DNA of 7,942 nucleotides from IMG/VR virus record IMGVR_UViG_2671181106_000001; one strand, written 5' to 3'. Position 1 is the first letter of the stretch. Each line of letters opens with the position of its first letter. Under the pieces are notes generated by a model. That model was not told where the DNA came from, searched no databases, and saw only the letters and a list, made by a program, of their open reading frames with translations. The position numbers and the translations under genes are program-made. Origin of the DNA: a virus. Its lineage: Duplodnaviria > Heunggongvirae > Uroviricota > Caudoviricetes. Positions 6,605 to 7,942 of the stretch are shown in pieces.

Positions 6605-7701
6605 ATTTCAGCTCTGAACTGCTTAACAAAGGCAACAAAACTCCCGCATTCAGCATCAGTATTGAGGGCAGGGATATCACTACTGTGCTGGATAACCGTC
6701 TGATGAGTCTGACGTTGACGGACAATCGGGGCTTTGACGCGGACCAGCTTGATCTGGAGCTGGACGACGCCGACGGAAAAATCGTGCTGCCGCGCCGTGG
6801 TGCGGTCATTACGCTGGCGCTGGGCTGGAAGGGGCAGCCGCTTTTCCCGAAAGGGACATTCACGGTGGACGAGATTGAACACACTGGCGCACCGGACCGC
6901 CTGACTATCCGGGCGCGAAGTGCTGATTTTCGGGAAACGCTGAATACCCGCCGTGAAAAATCGTGGCATAAGACCACCGTCGGGGAAGTGGTGAAGGAAA
7001 TAGCCGCGCGGCACAAGCTGAAGATGGCACTGGGTAAAGACCTGTCGGATAAGCCCGTGGAGCATATAGACCAGACTAATGAGAGTGACGGCAGTTTTCT
7101 GATGCGGCTGGCGCGACAGTACGGTGCCATCGCGTCGGTGAAAAATGGCAATCTGTTATTCATCCGGCAGGGGCAGGGCAAAAGCGCCACTGGTAAACCT
7201 CTGCCAGTGATCACTATCACACGCAAGGACGGCGACAGTCACCGATTTACCCTGGCAGATCGCGGAGCCTACACGGGCGTAATTGCCAGCTGGTTGCATA
7301 CCCGCGAACCAGCGAAGAAAGAAAGCACCATGGTGAAGCGTAAGCGCAGAACTAAGAAGCAGAAGAAAGAGCCAGAAGCGAAGCAGGGCGATTACCTGGT
7401 GGGTACGGATGAAAACGTGCTGGTACTTAATCGCACTTATGCCAACCGGAGCAACGCCGAACGAGCGGCGAAAATGCAGTGGGAACGCCTGCAACGCGGC
7501 GTTGCGTCATTTTCGCTACAACTGGCAGAAGGGCGGGCAGATCTCTACACGGAAATGCCTGTGAAGGTCAGTGGTTTTAAACAGCCGATAGATGATGCGG
7601 AATGGACCATTACGACTCTGACGCATACCGTCAGCCCGGATAACGGTTTTACGACCAGTCTGGAGCTTGAAGTGAGGATTGATGATTTCGAAATGGAATA
7701 A
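6601..7701 (+). CDS. D: Late control / tail protein gpD homologue (baseplate hub, gpD family)
   Basis: 366-aa ORF using a GTG start overlapping the U stop (GTGA), with GGGAGGG RBS 9 nt upstream; size and position match P2 gpD; N-terminal region (PAFSISIEGRDIT...LTDNRGFDADQLDLELDD) is characteristic of the gpD family as I recall it. Confidence 0.9.
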   Translation: MNFSSELLNKGNKTPAFSISIEGRDITTVLDNRLMSLTLTDNRGFDADQLDLELDDADGKIVLPRRGAVITLALGWKGQPLFPKGTFTVDEIEHTGAPDRLTIRARSADFRETLNTRREKSWHKTTVGEVVKEIAARHKLKMALGKDLSDKPVEHIDQTNESDGSFLMRLARQYGAIASVKNGNLLFIRQGQGKSATGKPLPVITITRKDGDSHRFTLADRGAYTGVIASWLHTREPAKKESTMVKRKRRTKKQKKEPEAKQGDYLVGTDENVLVLNRTYANRSNAERAAKMQWERLQRGVASFSLQLAEGRADLYTEMPVKVSGFKQPIDDAEWTITTLTHTVSPDNGFTTSLELEVRIDDFEME

Positions 7702-7791
7702 TTCTTCGCAATGGAGAACTTTTAAGTTTGCAAAATGGAATAATGCGGTATCATTATTGTGAATTTAGCAAAAATGGGGAGAACTCGAAAA

Positions 7792-7942
<151 letters not shown>

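Noticed and set aside
6415-7226. Two roughly 216-aa minus-strand ORFs (6415-7065 and 6573-7226) overlapping U and D
   Set aside because: Antisense to two well-supported, translationally coupled + strand genes; Arg/Ser-rich translations typical of out-of-frame artefacts; no start-site signals.
7727-7760. Possible sigma70 promoter for ogr (TTGCAA with TATTGT or TAATGC)
   Set aside because: Candidate hexamers have poor spacing (7 or 21 bp) and I cannot pick a convincing -35/-10 pair by eye; left uncalled.

Overview
This window reads as the tail-assembly half of the late region of a P2-like (Peduovirus-type) prophage on the + strand, most likely from an enterobacterial host. Called by protein-level recognition from memory and by ORF/RBS geometry, with no database search run, the order is: a Gin/Hin/Pin/Cin-family serine DNA invertase with a 26-bp hix/gix-like crossover site just upstream; an Ogr-type late-promoter dyad; tail sheath (FI); tail tube (FII); the tail chaperone pair E and E+E' with a T-TTT-TTG -1 frameshift site; a 1025-aa tape measure (T); gpU; gpD; and the start of an ogr-like zinc-finger activator gene that appears disrupted. 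Genes are tightly packed and translationally coupled. I do not see a clearly novel or undescribed system here: there are no defence-like, toxin or unrecognisable cargo ORFs. The observations most worth follow-up are the tail-fibre inversion switch at the left edge, the apparently decayed ogr at the right edge next to an otherwise intact tail module, and the enlarged, internally repetitive tape measure. All antisense ORFs in the track lie inside strongly supported + strand genes and are treated as spurious.
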